Made by a program: the position numbers and the translations under genes
Assembly: GCA_963555825.3 (NCBI GenBank)
Contig: CAUVXB020000002.1
Coordinates: 256,001 to 320,000, forward strand
DNA length: 64,000 bases
From: Alphaproteobacteria bacterium
GTDB lineage: Bacteria > Pseudomonadota > Alphaproteobacteria > JAAXGF01
Reading direction: 5' to 3'
Notes under the pieces: generated by a model
What the model was told of the DNA's origin: nothing
Databases searched by the model: none
What the model saw: the letters and a program-made list of their open reading frames with translations, nothing else
Shown here: piece by piece, positions 29,968 through 39,788 of the stretch
Position numbering within the stretch: position 1 is the first letter of the stretch
Layout: each line of letters starts with the position of its first letter

Positions 29968-31104
29968 CTAGATTGCTGCCGTCAGGAATTCGTCGAAGCG
30001 CGCCAAGGCTTCGGGAAAGCTTCTCCGGCACAGGCCGAGACGAAAATGACGATCGCCGGCGTCGAAACAGAGGCTTGGCGCGAGCGCGAGCGAGGCCTCG
30101 TTGACCAAACGATCGCTCAAGGCCTTCGTGCCGCCGGGTCCCAACCAGCGCGGAAATGTCAGCGCCCCGGCGCCGGGCGGCGTCCACGCGAACAGGTTGT
30201 CGTGACGATTGAAGAACGCGTTGGCGGCCGCAAGACCCTTCGCAAGAATGGCGCTGTTTCGTTCGAGCAGGGCCGCTTCATGGCGGAACGCGACGGCCGC
30301 CAGGAATTCGATCGGTCCCGGCAGGTAGCAGTTGAAGAGGTTCTTTGCCCTGCTGACAGCGCCCATCGTGGTTTTGTCGCGCGTCGCCAGCCAGCCGACC
30401 CGAAGACCGGGCAGGCCACAGGTCTTCGACAGTCCGTGCAGCGACACCGCTCGTTCGTAGCGGCACGCCAGGTTTGGTGGCGCCGCGCCGCCGATCGGCA
30501 GGCCGGCATAGATCTCGTCCGCGAGCAGGAGCGCGCCGCTGTCACGAAGTACCTCTGTGAAGGCGCTCAGAAAGTCGTCGTCCGGCATGAATCCGGTCGG
30601 GTTCTGCGGCAACGTCGCGACGACCATTTTGGTTGGTTCGCGCATCAGCGCGCGCAACTCGTCGAGATCCGGAACCCAGTCATTTTCCTCGCGCGCCGGC
30701 CACGGCACGGCCGTCGCGCCGCGCCATTTCGGCAGGTCCAAATGGGGTGGGTAACACGGTGTCAGGACGACCACCCGATCGCCCGGCTCGACGTGGGCGA
30801 CGAACAGCAAGCCCAAGGCCTCGTCGAGACCGCTCGTGATCAGCACGCCGTCGGCATCGATGCCGTCGAATTTGGCTGCGACCCGCTCGCGAAGCTCGAT
30901 CGGAGCGTAACGGTGCGGATAGTCCAAACCCAACCCCGCGAACGCTTCGGCAGCGCCGGTCTCCAGGGCGAGAAGCTCTTTCTGGCTCACGGGCTCCGCG
31001 GCGGACGCGCTGAGTTTGTAGCGCGCACGCATCGCCGCGGGACTGTCAAAAAACGCTTGCAGGGTTTGGCGTGAAAGATTGGCCATGGACGCAGTTGATC
31101 CCAT
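29968..31104 (-). CDS. PLP-dependent aminotransferase class I/II
   Basis: PQNPTG, ADEIY, SLHGLSKTCGLPGLRVGW. Start could be 31086. Confidence 0.88.
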   Translation of the reverse strand: MGSTASMANLSRQTLQAFFDSPAAMRARYKLSASAAEPVSQKELLALETGAAEAFAGLGLDYPHRYAPIELRERVAAKFDGIDADGVLITSGLDEALGLLFVAHVEPGDRVVVLTPCYPPHLDLPKWRGATAVPWPAREENDWVPDLDELRALMREPTKMVVATLPQNPTGFMPDDDFLSAFTEVLRDSGALLLADEIYAGLPIGGAAPPNLACRYERAVSLHGLSKTCGLPGLRVGWLATRDKTTMGAVSRAKNLFNCYLPGPIEFLAAVAFRHEAALLERNSAILAKGLAAANAFFNRHDNLFAWTPPGAGALTFPRWLGPGGTKALSDRLVNEASLALAPSLCFDAGDRHFRLGLCRRSFPEALARFDEFLTAAI

Positions 31105-31232
31105 TCTCGTTCCGCGGAGGCGGTATTTCGGCTGAAGCGATAGTGGACAATTCGAATGGCAGAATACATCGCATGTTCGCCTGAGAAACAACCATCCGCT
31201 CCCGATGCTGTCAACGGCGCGCCTGTCCCTGG

Positions 31233-31252
31233 TCACTGCTCCTTGGTATAAG
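31233..31252 (+). repeat. Isolated MITE end forming a TGGTATAAG extended -10-like box upstream of pepP
   Basis: TCACTGCTCCTTGGTA matches the right end of the 29642 MITE at 15/16 and is followed by TAA. Confidence 0.6.
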
Positions 31253-31278
31253 TTGTCGCGAAACACGTGGAGCAAGGG

Positions 31279-33315
31279 ATGACACGCAACACAGTGGATG
31301 ACGGCGGGCTCGCCGACCTGCTGGCCGGGGCCGGCTCGGCGCTGTCGGTCGGCGAGGTCGATGCGTTGATCGCCGGCGTCGTCGCGGCGCCCCAAGGCGT
31401 CGACGGCGCGGCCTGGATGACGCTGGTGACGCCCAATCCCGGCGACGCGCTGCGGACCGCGCTCGGCGCCCGCCTCGATGCCGCATACGCGGCCGTCGAC
31501 GATGGCATGACCGACGGTCCGGCGCCGGCCGAGCGCCTCGCGGAATTGCGTGCCGAGCTGGCGCGCCGCGAGCTTACCGGCTTCGTCGTGCCGCGCGCCG
31601 ATCCGCACCACAGCGAGGACCTGCCGCGCGGCGCCGAGCGCCTGGCATGGCTCACCGGCTTCTCGGGTTCGGCCGGCGTTGCCGTCGTGCTCGCCGAGCA
31701 CGCGGCGATATTCATCGACGGCCGCTACACTCTGCAGGTCCGCTCACAAGTCGACGGCGCGGCCTTCGAGTACCGCCACCTGATCGACGAGCCGCCGCAC
31801 GACTGGGTCGCCCGGAACCTCGAGGCGGGCGACCGGCTCGGCTACGACCCCTGGCTGCACACGCCCGACGGGCTGGCGCGCTACCGCACGGCGTGCAAGA
31901 AGGCGGGCGCCGAGCTGGTCGCCTGCGACGACAATCCACTCGACGCCGTCTGGCAAGACCAGCCGCCGCCGCCGATCGCGCCCGTCGTCGCCCACGAACC
32001 ACAATTCGCCGGCGCCAGCGCGGCCGACAAGCGCGCGCTGGTCGCCGCCGCGCTCGTCGCGGCGGACGCCGGGGCCTGTATCCTATCGACGCCCGATTCA
32101 CTCGCCTGGCTATTGAACCTGCGCGGCGGCGACGTGCCCTACAGCCCCTTCCCGCTCGGCTTCGTGGTCGCCGACCAGACCGGCCGCGTCGAGCTGTTCA
32201 TCGACCGCCGTAAGCTCGCCCCCGAGCTCGGCCGTCATCTCGGCAACGACGTCTCGGTGCGCGATCCGGCCGAGCTGGGCGACGCGCTCGATGCGCTGGC
32301 CGCGGCCGGCAAGCCGGTGCTTGCCGATCCGTCGTCGACGTCGGCCTGGGTGTTCGACCGGGTCACGGCGGCGGGCGGCGAGATGCTGCGCGCCGCCGAC
32401 CCCTGCGCGCTGCCCAAGGCGCGCAAGAACCAGGCCGAACTGGACGGCAGCCGGGTCGCCCATCGGCGCGACGGTGCATCGCTGACGCGCTTCCTGCGCT
32501 GGTTCGCCGAGACCGCGCCGGGTGGCGCGTTGACCGAGATCGGCGCCGCCGAGCATCTCGATGCGTTGCGCGCCGAGAACCAGCACTTCCGCGGCCTGAG
32601 CTTCCCGACCATCGCCGGCGCCGGGCCCAACGGCGCGATCGTGCACTACCGCGCGAGCGAGGCGACCAACCGCCGGATCGAGCCGGGCGCGCTGTTCCTT
32701 GTCGATTCGGGTGGCCAATACCTCGACGCCACGACCGATGTCACGCGGACCATCGCCGTCGGCGCGCCGAGCGACGATCAGCGCCGCCACTTCACCGCCG
32801 TCCTCAAGGGTCATATCGCGATCGCCACGACGCGCTTCCCGGCCGGCACCTCGGGCAGCCAGCTCGACGCGCTGGCGCGCCACGCGCTGTGGCAGATGGG
32901 TCTCGACTACGACCACGGCACGGGCCACGGCGTGGGCAGCTACCTGGGCGTCCACGAAGGGCCGCAGCGCATCTCCAAGGCGCCCAACACGGTGGCGCTC
33001 GAGCCCGGCATGATCGTCTCGAACGAGCCGGGCTATTACAAGACCGACGCCTACGGCATCCGCATCGAGAACCTGGTCTGCGTCGTCGAGGCGCCCGACA
33101 TCGAGGGCGCCGAACGACCGATGCTCGGCTTCGAGACGCTGACCCGCGCGCCGATCGACCGCGCGCTGATCGACGCCGCGCTGCTGACCGAGGCGGAGAC
33201 CGCCTGGCTCGACGAATACCACGCCGAGGTGCGCGAGGCGTTGACGCCGCTGGTCGACGGCGAGACCGCAGCATGGCTGGCGCGAGTCACCCGGCCGCTC
33301 GCCGAGGGATCGTGA
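31279..33315 (+). CDS. pepP: Xaa-Pro aminopeptidase (aminopeptidase P, M24B) with extra N-terminal segment
   Basis: RLAWLTGFSGSAG, DGRY, DSGGQY..TTDVTRT, HGTGHGVG...HEGP, SNEPGYY, GIRIEN. Confidence 0.9.
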   Translation: MTRNTVDDGGLADLLAGAGSALSVGEVDALIAGVVAAPQGVDGAAWMTLVTPNPGDALRTALGARLDAAYAAVDDGMTDGPAPAERLAELRAELARRELTGFVVPRADPHHSEDLPRGAERLAWLTGFSGSAGVAVVLAEHAAIFIDGRYTLQVRSQVDGAAFEYRHLIDEPPHDWVARNLEAGDRLGYDPWLHTPDGLARYRTACKKAGAELVACDDNPLDAVWQDQPPPPIAPVVAHEPQFAGASAADKRALVAAALVAADAGACILSTPDSLAWLLNLRGGDVPYSPFPLGFVVADQTGRVELFIDRRKLAPELGRHLGNDVSVRDPAELGDALDALAAAGKPVLADPSSTSAWVFDRVTAAGGEMLRAADPCALPKARKNQAELDGSRVAHRRDGASLTRFLRWFAETAPGGALTEIGAAEHLDALRAENQHFRGLSFPTIAGAGPNGAIVHYRASEATNRRIEPGALFLVDSGGQYLDATTDVTRTIAVGAPSDDQRRHFTAVLKGHIAIATTRFPAGTSGSQLDALARHALWQMGLDYDHGTGHGVGSYLGVHEGPQRISKAPNTVALEPGMIVSNEPGYYKTDAYGIRIENLVCVVEAPDIEGAERPMLGFETLTRAPIDRALIDAALLTEAETAWLDEYHAEVREALTPLVDGETAAWLARVTRPLAEGS

Positions 33316-34442
33316 CCAACCCGCACCACGCAACGCCCGGCGGCAAGATCCGGGCCCGCGCGCTGGGCGTGCCGTTCGACGGCGCGCCGGGGCCGAACAA
33401 CGCGATCACCGACATCGCCGGCATCGAGGTCGGCTACCAGACGATCATCCGGGGCGACGGGGCGCTGGTCGTCGGCGAGGGCCCGGTGCGTACCGGGGTC
33501 ACGGCGATCCTGCCGCGCGGGCGCGCTGGCGTGGCGGCGCCCTGCTTCGCGGGCTGCTTCTCGCTCAACGGTCGGGGCGAGTTCACCGGCATGCACTGGG
33601 TCGAGGAAGCCGGCCAGTGCGAGGGGCCGATCACGATCACCAACACGCGGTCATGCGGCGCTGCCTACGACGCGACGCTGCGCTGGCTGCTGGCCAACTG
33701 CGACACCCTGTCGCCGTCCTGGGGCCTGCCGATCGCGGGCGAGACCAACGACGGCCTGCTGAACGACATCAACGGCTTCCACGTTACCGCCGAGCACGTC
33801 TTCGCGGCGATCGACGCGGCGCGCGGCGGACCCATCGAGCAAGGCAGCGTCGGCGGCGGCACCGGCATGGTGACGTACGACTTCAAGGGCGGCTCGGGCA
33901 GCGCCTCGCGCGTCGTCGAGGTCGCCGGCGAGCGCTACACGGTCGGCGCCTTCGTGCAGTCGAACTTCGGCGTGCGTAGCGAGCTGGTCGTCGCCGGCGT
34001 GCCGGTCGGCCGCCACATCACCGGCGGCGAGGTGCGCGCCCGGCCGGGCAGCTCGATCATCGCCATCGCGGCGACCGACGCGCCGCTGCTGCCGCACCAA
34101 TGCAAGCGGCTGGCGCGGCGCATCGGCCTCGGCATCGGCCGTTCGGGCTCGGTCTCGCACAACGGCTCGGGCGACATCTTCCTGGCCTTCTCGACCGCCA
34201 ACCGCGACTCGTTTCAGGACGGACACGCGGCGCGGCCGGCCGACTGCCTGCCCAACGACGCGCTCAACCCGCTCTTCGAGGCCGTCGTCCAGGCGACCGA
34301 CGAGGCGATCATCGATTCTATGGTCGCCAACGAAACCATGACCGGGCGCGACAGCACGACCGTCATCGCCCTGCCCCACGCGAGGCTCCTCGAGGTGCTC
34401 GCCGCCCACGGCCGTTCGGCGGACCAGGAGAGGCGCCCATGA
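33312..34442 (+). CDS. P1/S58 family (DmpA/BapA-like) aminopeptidase, paralogue 1
   Basis: NAITD..G, RTGVTAILP, GSVGGGTGM, SIIAIAATDAP, GSGDIFLAFSTAN. GTG start overlaps the pepP stop. Confidence 0.9.
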   Translation: MTNPHHATPGGKIRARALGVPFDGAPGPNNAITDIAGIEVGYQTIIRGDGALVVGEGPVRTGVTAILPRGRAGVAAPCFAGCFSLNGRGEFTGMHWVEEAGQCEGPITITNTRSCGAAYDATLRWLLANCDTLSPSWGLPIAGETNDGLLNDINGFHVTAEHVFAAIDAARGGPIEQGSVGGGTGMVTYDFKGGSGSASRVVEVAGERYTVGAFVQSNFGVRSELVVAGVPVGRHITGGEVRARPGSSIIAIAATDAPLLPHQCKRLARRIGLGIGRSGSVSHNGSGDIFLAFSTANRDSFQDGHAARPADCLPNDALNPLFEAVVQATDEAIIDSMVANETMTGRDSTTVIALPHARLLEVLAAHGRSADQERRP

Positions 34443-35560
34443 CCAACCCGCACCACGCCACACCCAGCGGCAAGCCCCGGGCCCGCGCGCTGGGCGTCCC
34501 GTTCGACGGCACGCCGGGCGTCAACAACGCGATCACCGACGTCGGCAACGTTTCCGTGGGCTATTCGACGATCATCGAGGGCGACGGACCGCTGGTCGTC
34601 GGCCAGGGGCCGGTGCGCACCGGAGTCACCGCGATCCTGCCGCGCGGGCACGCCGGCGTCGCTACGCCGGTCTTCGCCGGCACGTTCTCGCTCAACGGTA
34701 ACGGCGAGCTGACCGGCACCATCTGGGTCGAGGAATCGGGCGCCTGCGAGGGCCCGGTCACGATCACCAACACGCATTCCTGCGGCGTCGCGCGCGACGC
34801 CACGATCCGCTGGCTGGTCGACCGTCTGGGCGGCGCCACCGCGCAGGCCTGGGGCCTCCCCGTCGCGGGTGAGACCTACGATGGTGATCTCAATGATATC
34901 AACGGCTTCCATGTCACTGTTGAACATGTACTCGAAGCAATAGACGGTGCCGCCGGGGGCCCTATCGAGCAGGGCAGCGTGGGCGGCGGCACAGGCATGA
35001 TCGCTTACGACTTCAAGGGCGGCTCGGGCAGCGCCTCGCGCGTCGTCGAGGTCGGCGGCGAGCAATACACCGTCGGCGCCTTCGTGCAGGCCAACTTCGG
35101 CATGAGACGCGAATTGACGATCGCCGGCGCGCCGGTCGGCCGCCACATCACGGGCAACGAGATCCGTTCGACGCCGGGCGGTTCGATCATCGCCATCGCG
35201 GCGACCGACGCGCCGCTGCTGCCGCACCAATGCAAGCGGCTGGCGCGCCGGGTCGGCCTCGGCGTCGGCCGTTCGGGCTCGATCTCGCACAACGGCTCGG
35301 GCGACATCTTCCTGGCGTTCTCGACCGCCAACGCCGACGCGCTCGCCGTGACGCCCGGCGCGCGCGCCGCCGAGTTTCTGCCCAACGACGCGCTCGACCC
35401 GATCTTCGAGGCGGTCGTCCAGGCGACCGACGAGGCGATCGTCGATTCGATGGTCGCCAACGAGACCATGGTCGGGCGCGACGGCACCACCGTCATCGCC
35501 CTGCCCCACGACCGGCTGATCGAAGTGCTCGCCGACTACAACCGGCTGGCGGCGGAATAG
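34439..35560 (+). CDS. P1/S58 family (DmpA/BapA-like) aminopeptidase, paralogue 2
   Basis: Same motifs with canonical NGNGE, NTHS, ETYDG and G-SII. ATGA overlap. Confidence 0.9.
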   Translation: MTNPHHATPSGKPRARALGVPFDGTPGVNNAITDVGNVSVGYSTIIEGDGPLVVGQGPVRTGVTAILPRGHAGVATPVFAGTFSLNGNGELTGTIWVEESGACEGPVTITNTHSCGVARDATIRWLVDRLGGATAQAWGLPVAGETYDGDLNDINGFHVTVEHVLEAIDGAAGGPIEQGSVGGGTGMIAYDFKGGSGSASRVVEVGGEQYTVGAFVQANFGMRRELTIAGAPVGRHITGNEIRSTPGGSIIAIAATDAPLLPHQCKRLARRVGLGVGRSGSISHNGSGDIFLAFSTANADALAVTPGARAAEFLPNDALDPIFEAVVQATDEAIVDSMVANETMVGRDGTTVIALPHDRLIEVLADYNRLAAE

Positions 35561-35592
35561 GCGCGGGGATTTCGATCGATCGACGACCGCCG

Positions 35593-36153
35593 TTACGCCG
35601 CGACGATGCGGTCGTTCGCGGCCTCGAACAGGCGCAGGGTCTTCTCGACGTCGTAGGGTTGTTCGGTCAGCGCCTCGGGGTCCCATTCGCTGCGCTCGAC
35701 CTCGTAGAAGTCGCCGCCGTAGACGTGGATCGCGCCGGTCAGCCGCGGGATCGGGTTGGTCACCGAGTGGATGATGTCGGGGCCGAGCGGTATGGCGTCC
35801 TTGACGCACATCGCCGTCGCGCCCGCCGCCTCGATCTGGCGGCCGTCCTCGGCGTCGTCGATGCGGCGCCAGAACATGTTGTCCTCGCGCCCCGTATAGA
35901 TGCCGATCACCGCCCACATTTCGTGGTTGTGCGGCATGACGGTCATGTAGGGCGCCCAGACGACGTTGATGATCGTCAGCTCGGGCGATTGGTAGAGTTT
36001 CTGGACCTCGCCCCGCTTCGGCTCGCCGAGGCCCTCGATCACGGCGCTGGGTTCGGCGACGGCCCGGGCGAGCACCTCGCGCGCGGCCATATGCGTCGGG
36101 TCTTGCGCCACCGCGGCGCGGCAATCGGCAACGAACTGGTCGACGTCGAACAT
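35593..36153 (-). CDS. Cysteine dioxygenase-like cupin protein
   Basis: PHNHEMWAVIGIYTGRE, IHSVTNP, AIHVYGG. Confidence 0.82.
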   Translation of the reverse strand: MFDVDQFVADCRAAVAQDPTHMAAREVLARAVAEPSAVIEGLGEPKRGEVQKLYQSPELTIINVVWAPYMTVMPHNHEMWAVIGIYTGREDNMFWRRIDDAEDGRQIEAAGATAMCVKDAIPLGPDIIHSVTNPIPRLTGAIHVYGGDFYEVERSEWDPEALTEQPYDVEKTLRLFEAANDRIVAA

Positions 36154-36336
36154 GGTTCCAGGCTCTTCCCTTGCTTGACTGGTATGCGGCCGATATTAGC
36201 CCGGAATCTTCACCATGGACAGACGCCGCACGGCGATAGACCCCGAAATTATTGTGAATTTGGCGCCGATGGGCTGGACGCGCGGCGCAGGTGGCTTATC
36301 ATCCGCGGCTGATTGGGGAGACGGGAGCGAGACGCG

Positions 36337-37722
36337 ATGAGCCTGACCGACTGCCGGGGCGTCCCCGTATCGACCGAAAATCGTGACCTGATAGATCGCC
36401 TCGAGGCCGCGCATGAGCTGAGCCTCGGCTTCGCCGGCGACGCGGTCGGCGCGATCTCCGAGGTGCTCGCCGCACACCCGGACTTCGTCATGGGCCACTG
36501 CTTCAAGGCCGGCCTGCTGACCCAGGCGATGGAAACCCGCATCTACGACGACATGGTCGCCTCGGTCGTCGCGGCCGAGGCGCTGTGGGACGGCGCGAAT
36601 GCGCGCGAGCGCGGCCACATCGAGGCGGTGCGCGCCTGGGTCGAGGGCGATTTCCATGGCGCGGTGGAGCATTGGGGATCGGTGTTGGTGGCCTACCCGC
36701 GCGACCTCCTGGCGCTCCAGCTCGTCCATCTCTCCGACGTCCTGCTCGGCCATATCGTCGAACAGCGCGATTGCGTCGCCAGCGTGCTGCCGCAGTGGGA
36801 CGAGGGCGTGCCGGGCTACGGCTACGTGCTCGGCTTTTACGCCTTCGGGCTCGAGGAGAGCCGCGATTTCTCGCGCGCGGAGGAGACCGGCCGCCGCGCG
36901 GTCGCGATCAACCCAAAGGACGCCTACGCGATCCACGCGGTCGCCCATGTCATGGAGATGCAGGGCCGCCAGGCCGGCGGCATCTGGTGGATGACCAGCC
37001 GCGAGGACGACTGGGCGCACGGCAACTTCGCCAGCCACCTGTGGTGGCACCTGTCGCTGTTCCACCTCGACCTCGGCCAGATCGACCGGGTGCTCAAGAT
37101 ATTCGACCAGAACCTGCGCTCGTCGGACACCTCGGGCGACAAGTACGAAGAGCTCGACGCCGCGGCGTTGTTGTGGCGGCTCAAGCTGCTCGACGTCGAC
37201 GTCGGCGACCGCTGGAGCGATCTGGCCGACAAGTGGGAGCGAAGCGCCACCGACACGCTCTACGCCTTCAACGACGTGCACGCCATGACGACCTTCGTCA
37301 GCGACGGGCGCGACGATGTCGCCGAGCGGGTGCTCAATGCAACCGAGCGCTATGCCGATCAGGCCAACGACGCGAACGTCGCGATGACGCGCGACATCGG
37401 CCTGCCGTTCTGCCGCGCGCTGCAGGCCTTCGCCAAGGCCGAATACGACGAAACGGTCGAGCGCCTGCTGCCGACCCGATACCGCACCCACCGGCTCGGC
37501 GGCAGCCACGCCCAGCGCGACATCATCGCCTGGACGTTGGTCGAGGCGGCGTTGCGCGCCGGGCGCTTCGAGCTGGCCCGCTCGCTGGCCAACGAGCGCA
37601 CCGCGGTCAAGCCGACCAGCCCGCAGAATTGGAAGCTGGTCGCACGCGCTCACCAGGGCCTTGGCGACTACGACGCGGCCGAGAAGGCGCGCGCCCGCGC
37701 CCAGTCATTGATGCCGCAATAG
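36337..37722 (+). CDS. TPR protein, TTC38-like
   Basis: AFGLEE, HAVAHVMEMQGR, HLWWHLSLF, GGSHAQRD. Confidence 0.85.
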   Translation: MSLTDCRGVPVSTENRDLIDRLEAAHELSLGFAGDAVGAISEVLAAHPDFVMGHCFKAGLLTQAMETRIYDDMVASVVAAEALWDGANARERGHIEAVRAWVEGDFHGAVEHWGSVLVAYPRDLLALQLVHLSDVLLGHIVEQRDCVASVLPQWDEGVPGYGYVLGFYAFGLEESRDFSRAEETGRRAVAINPKDAYAIHAVAHVMEMQGRQAGGIWWMTSREDDWAHGNFASHLWWHLSLFHLDLGQIDRVLKIFDQNLRSSDTSGDKYEELDAAALLWRLKLLDVDVGDRWSDLADKWERSATDTLYAFNDVHAMTTFVSDGRDDVAERVLNATERYADQANDANVAMTRDIGLPFCRALQAFAKAEYDETVERLLPTRYRTHRLGGSHAQRDIIAWTLVEAALRAGRFELARSLANERTAVKPTSPQNWKLVARAHQGLGDYDAAEKARARAQSLMPQ

Positions 37723-37732
37723 ACCCGACTAA

Positions 37733-38899
37733 TACCAACGGGCATTAATCAGAACCCATGGGCCCATTTTCGGCGTCCGATCGACATGATCTTCCAGGGT
37801 TGATCGATGAGCCTGTTCCAGGCTTCGCAACACAGCGCGACGATATCGTCGTAGGTCTTGAATATCCTGTTGGAAAGCCAGTTATCGCGCATGAACTGCC
37901 ATATGTTTTCGACGGGGTTCAGCTCGGGCGCTCTTGGTGGCAAGAACATCAATGTGATGTTGGATGGGATCTCGAGCCTGCCGGTGGTGTGCCATCCGGC
38001 CCGGTCGATGATGAGTACAGCGTGAGCGCCTGGTGTCACCAGGGCCGAGATTTCATCAAGATGCCATTGCATGGCCTGAGTGTTGCAGCGGGGCAGGACA
38101 AGGCCCGCACCGACACCGCGCGCGGGACAGATGGCACCAAAGATATAGGCCGACTTCGTGCGTTGGTCCCGGAGCGCCGTGGGTCGGCTGCCGCGTCGCG
38201 CCCAGCGCCGGGTGAGCATGGTTTTCTGGCCGACCCGGGCCTCATCTTGCCACCAAATTTCTATCGCGGTGTTGACCGGGAGCCTGGCTCGGATCTCCCC
38301 CAACCCGGCGGGGAAGTTTTTTTTAAATCCTCGACGGCAAACTCGTTCTGCCCCTTGTGGCGTGGTCGCGCCGATATCTTGCGAAACCCCAGCGCCCTCA
38401 ATTCACGGCCCACCGTCGTCTCATCAACCGAAATGCGGAACTCTTCGAATATCCAATGCGCCAGGTCCTTTCGGCGCCAACGCACGACACCGTGGATCGC
38501 CGGAATCGGTCCGCTCTCAACAAGCCGAGCGAGCGCTTGTCGCTGCCTGTCATTGAGCTTGGCCGGCTTGCCTGTCGCCTTGCCGTCAATCAGACCATCC
38601 GGCCCCTTGGCGTTGAAACGGAGAACCCAGTCACGGACCACCTGGAGCCCGACAGTACCGATCCGCGCCGCCTCCGTGCGACGGCCACCATCGTAAATCT
38701 CAGCCAGCGCAAGAAGCCGCCGGCTCTGTCCAGCATCCTTCGACGCCTTGGCTAACCGCCGAAGCGCCGGACCATCAAAATCTTCCCGTAACGCAACCGC
38801 TCTGCCCATGGCGAACCTCCGTATCAGTTCGCCTCATTGATTCAGACTTCTTGCCGCTTGGGAATCCCCTAAATGAGTCTCCTTCAATGCTCGATGGTA
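37733..38899 (-). mobile_element. IS630-family insertion sequence
   Basis: Ends TACCAACGGGCATT and (reverse complement) TACCATCGAGCATT. TAA on both sides (37730-37732, 38900-38902). Confidence 0.9.
37749..38809 (-). CDS. IS630 transposase, two ORFs joined by -1 slippage at an A8 run
   Basis: HTH ORF 38261-38809 and DDE ORF (WQDEAR, IDRAGWH, PELNPVENIW) overlap at TTTAAAAAAAAC (about 38316-38327). Confidence 0.88.
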
Positions 38900-38901
38900 T
38901 A

Positions 38902-39031
38902 ACACACGATCCAACCGATTGGCCTCGGTCGAATGTCTTCAGCCCGCGACTGCGGGCCGCCGACCGTTCGGCGGAAGCATGCGCGGCGATTGAGCGCAGG
39001 TCGTCTTTACGACGTAAAGACGACCGGAAAC
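38902..39031 (+). repeat. Dispersed structured intergenic repeat, copy C
   Basis: Collinear with 5093-5216. Perfect hairpin GGTCGTCTTTAC-GAC-GTAAAGACGACC at 38999-39025. Confidence 0.8.
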
Positions 39032-39035
39032 AAAT

Positions 39036-39788
39036 TTACCTTTTAAACCCAGCGACCAGCGCCGCGGTTTCTGGGTCAGTGAACGAACGCACTGTAGCCT
39101 CGGTCTCGAGCGCCATAGCGTCCTCGACGGTGCCCGTGCAGGCACGATCGAGGATCCGCTTGACGTCGCGCGCCGCCCGCGCCGGCAGGGCGGCGATGCG
39201 TTCGGCCAGCGCCTGCGCTTCGTCGAACAGCGCGTCCTCGGGCACGATCCGCCAGGCGAGCCCCATGGCCAGGGCCTCGCGGGCGTCGATCTTCTCGCCC
39301 AGCAGGATCATCGCGCGGGCGCGCTGCGCCCCGACGATGCGCGGCAACAGCGCGGTCACGCCGCCGGTCACCATCATGCCCCAACCGGTCTCGGGGAAGA
39401 AGCAGCGGGTCCCCTCGGCCATCAGCAGCAGATCGCAGTCGATCGCCCATTCGAAGCCGCCGCCGGCCGCCCAGCCGTGCACCGCACCGACCACCACCTT
39501 GTCGCCGTGGACGATGCGGCGCGTGACCTCCTGCAGGTCCTCGATATAGCGCTGTGCGACCGCCGCGTCGCCGCTCTGCTGGTCGAACTCCTTGAGGTCG
39601 TCGCCCGAGCAGAAGGCGCGCCCGGCGCCGCGCAGCACGATCGCGCGCACCGCGTCGTCGGCGTTGGCATCGGCCAGCGCGGCGTTGAGCTCGTCGATCA
39701 TCGCCGCGTTGATCGCGTTGAGCCGGTCGGGCCGGTTGAGCGTCAAGCTGCAGACCGCGTTCTCGACGGTGCTGAGCACGGTGGTCAT
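39036..39788 (-). CDS. Enoyl-CoA hydratase/isomerase family protein
   Basis: LNRPDRLNA, GRAFCSGDDL, AAGGGFE, FPE. Confidence 0.9.
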   Translation of the reverse strand: MTTVLSTVENAVCSLTLNRPDRLNAINAAMIDELNAALADANADDAVRAIVLRGAGRAFCSGDDLKEFDQQSGDAAVAQRYIEDLQEVTRRIVHGDKVVVGAVHGWAAGGGFEWAIDCDLLLMAEGTRCFFPETGWGMMVTGGVTALLPRIVGAQRARAMILLGEKIDAREALAMGLAWRIVPEDALFDEAQALAERIAALPARAARDVKRILDRACTGTVEDAMALETEATVRSFTDPETAALVAGFKR

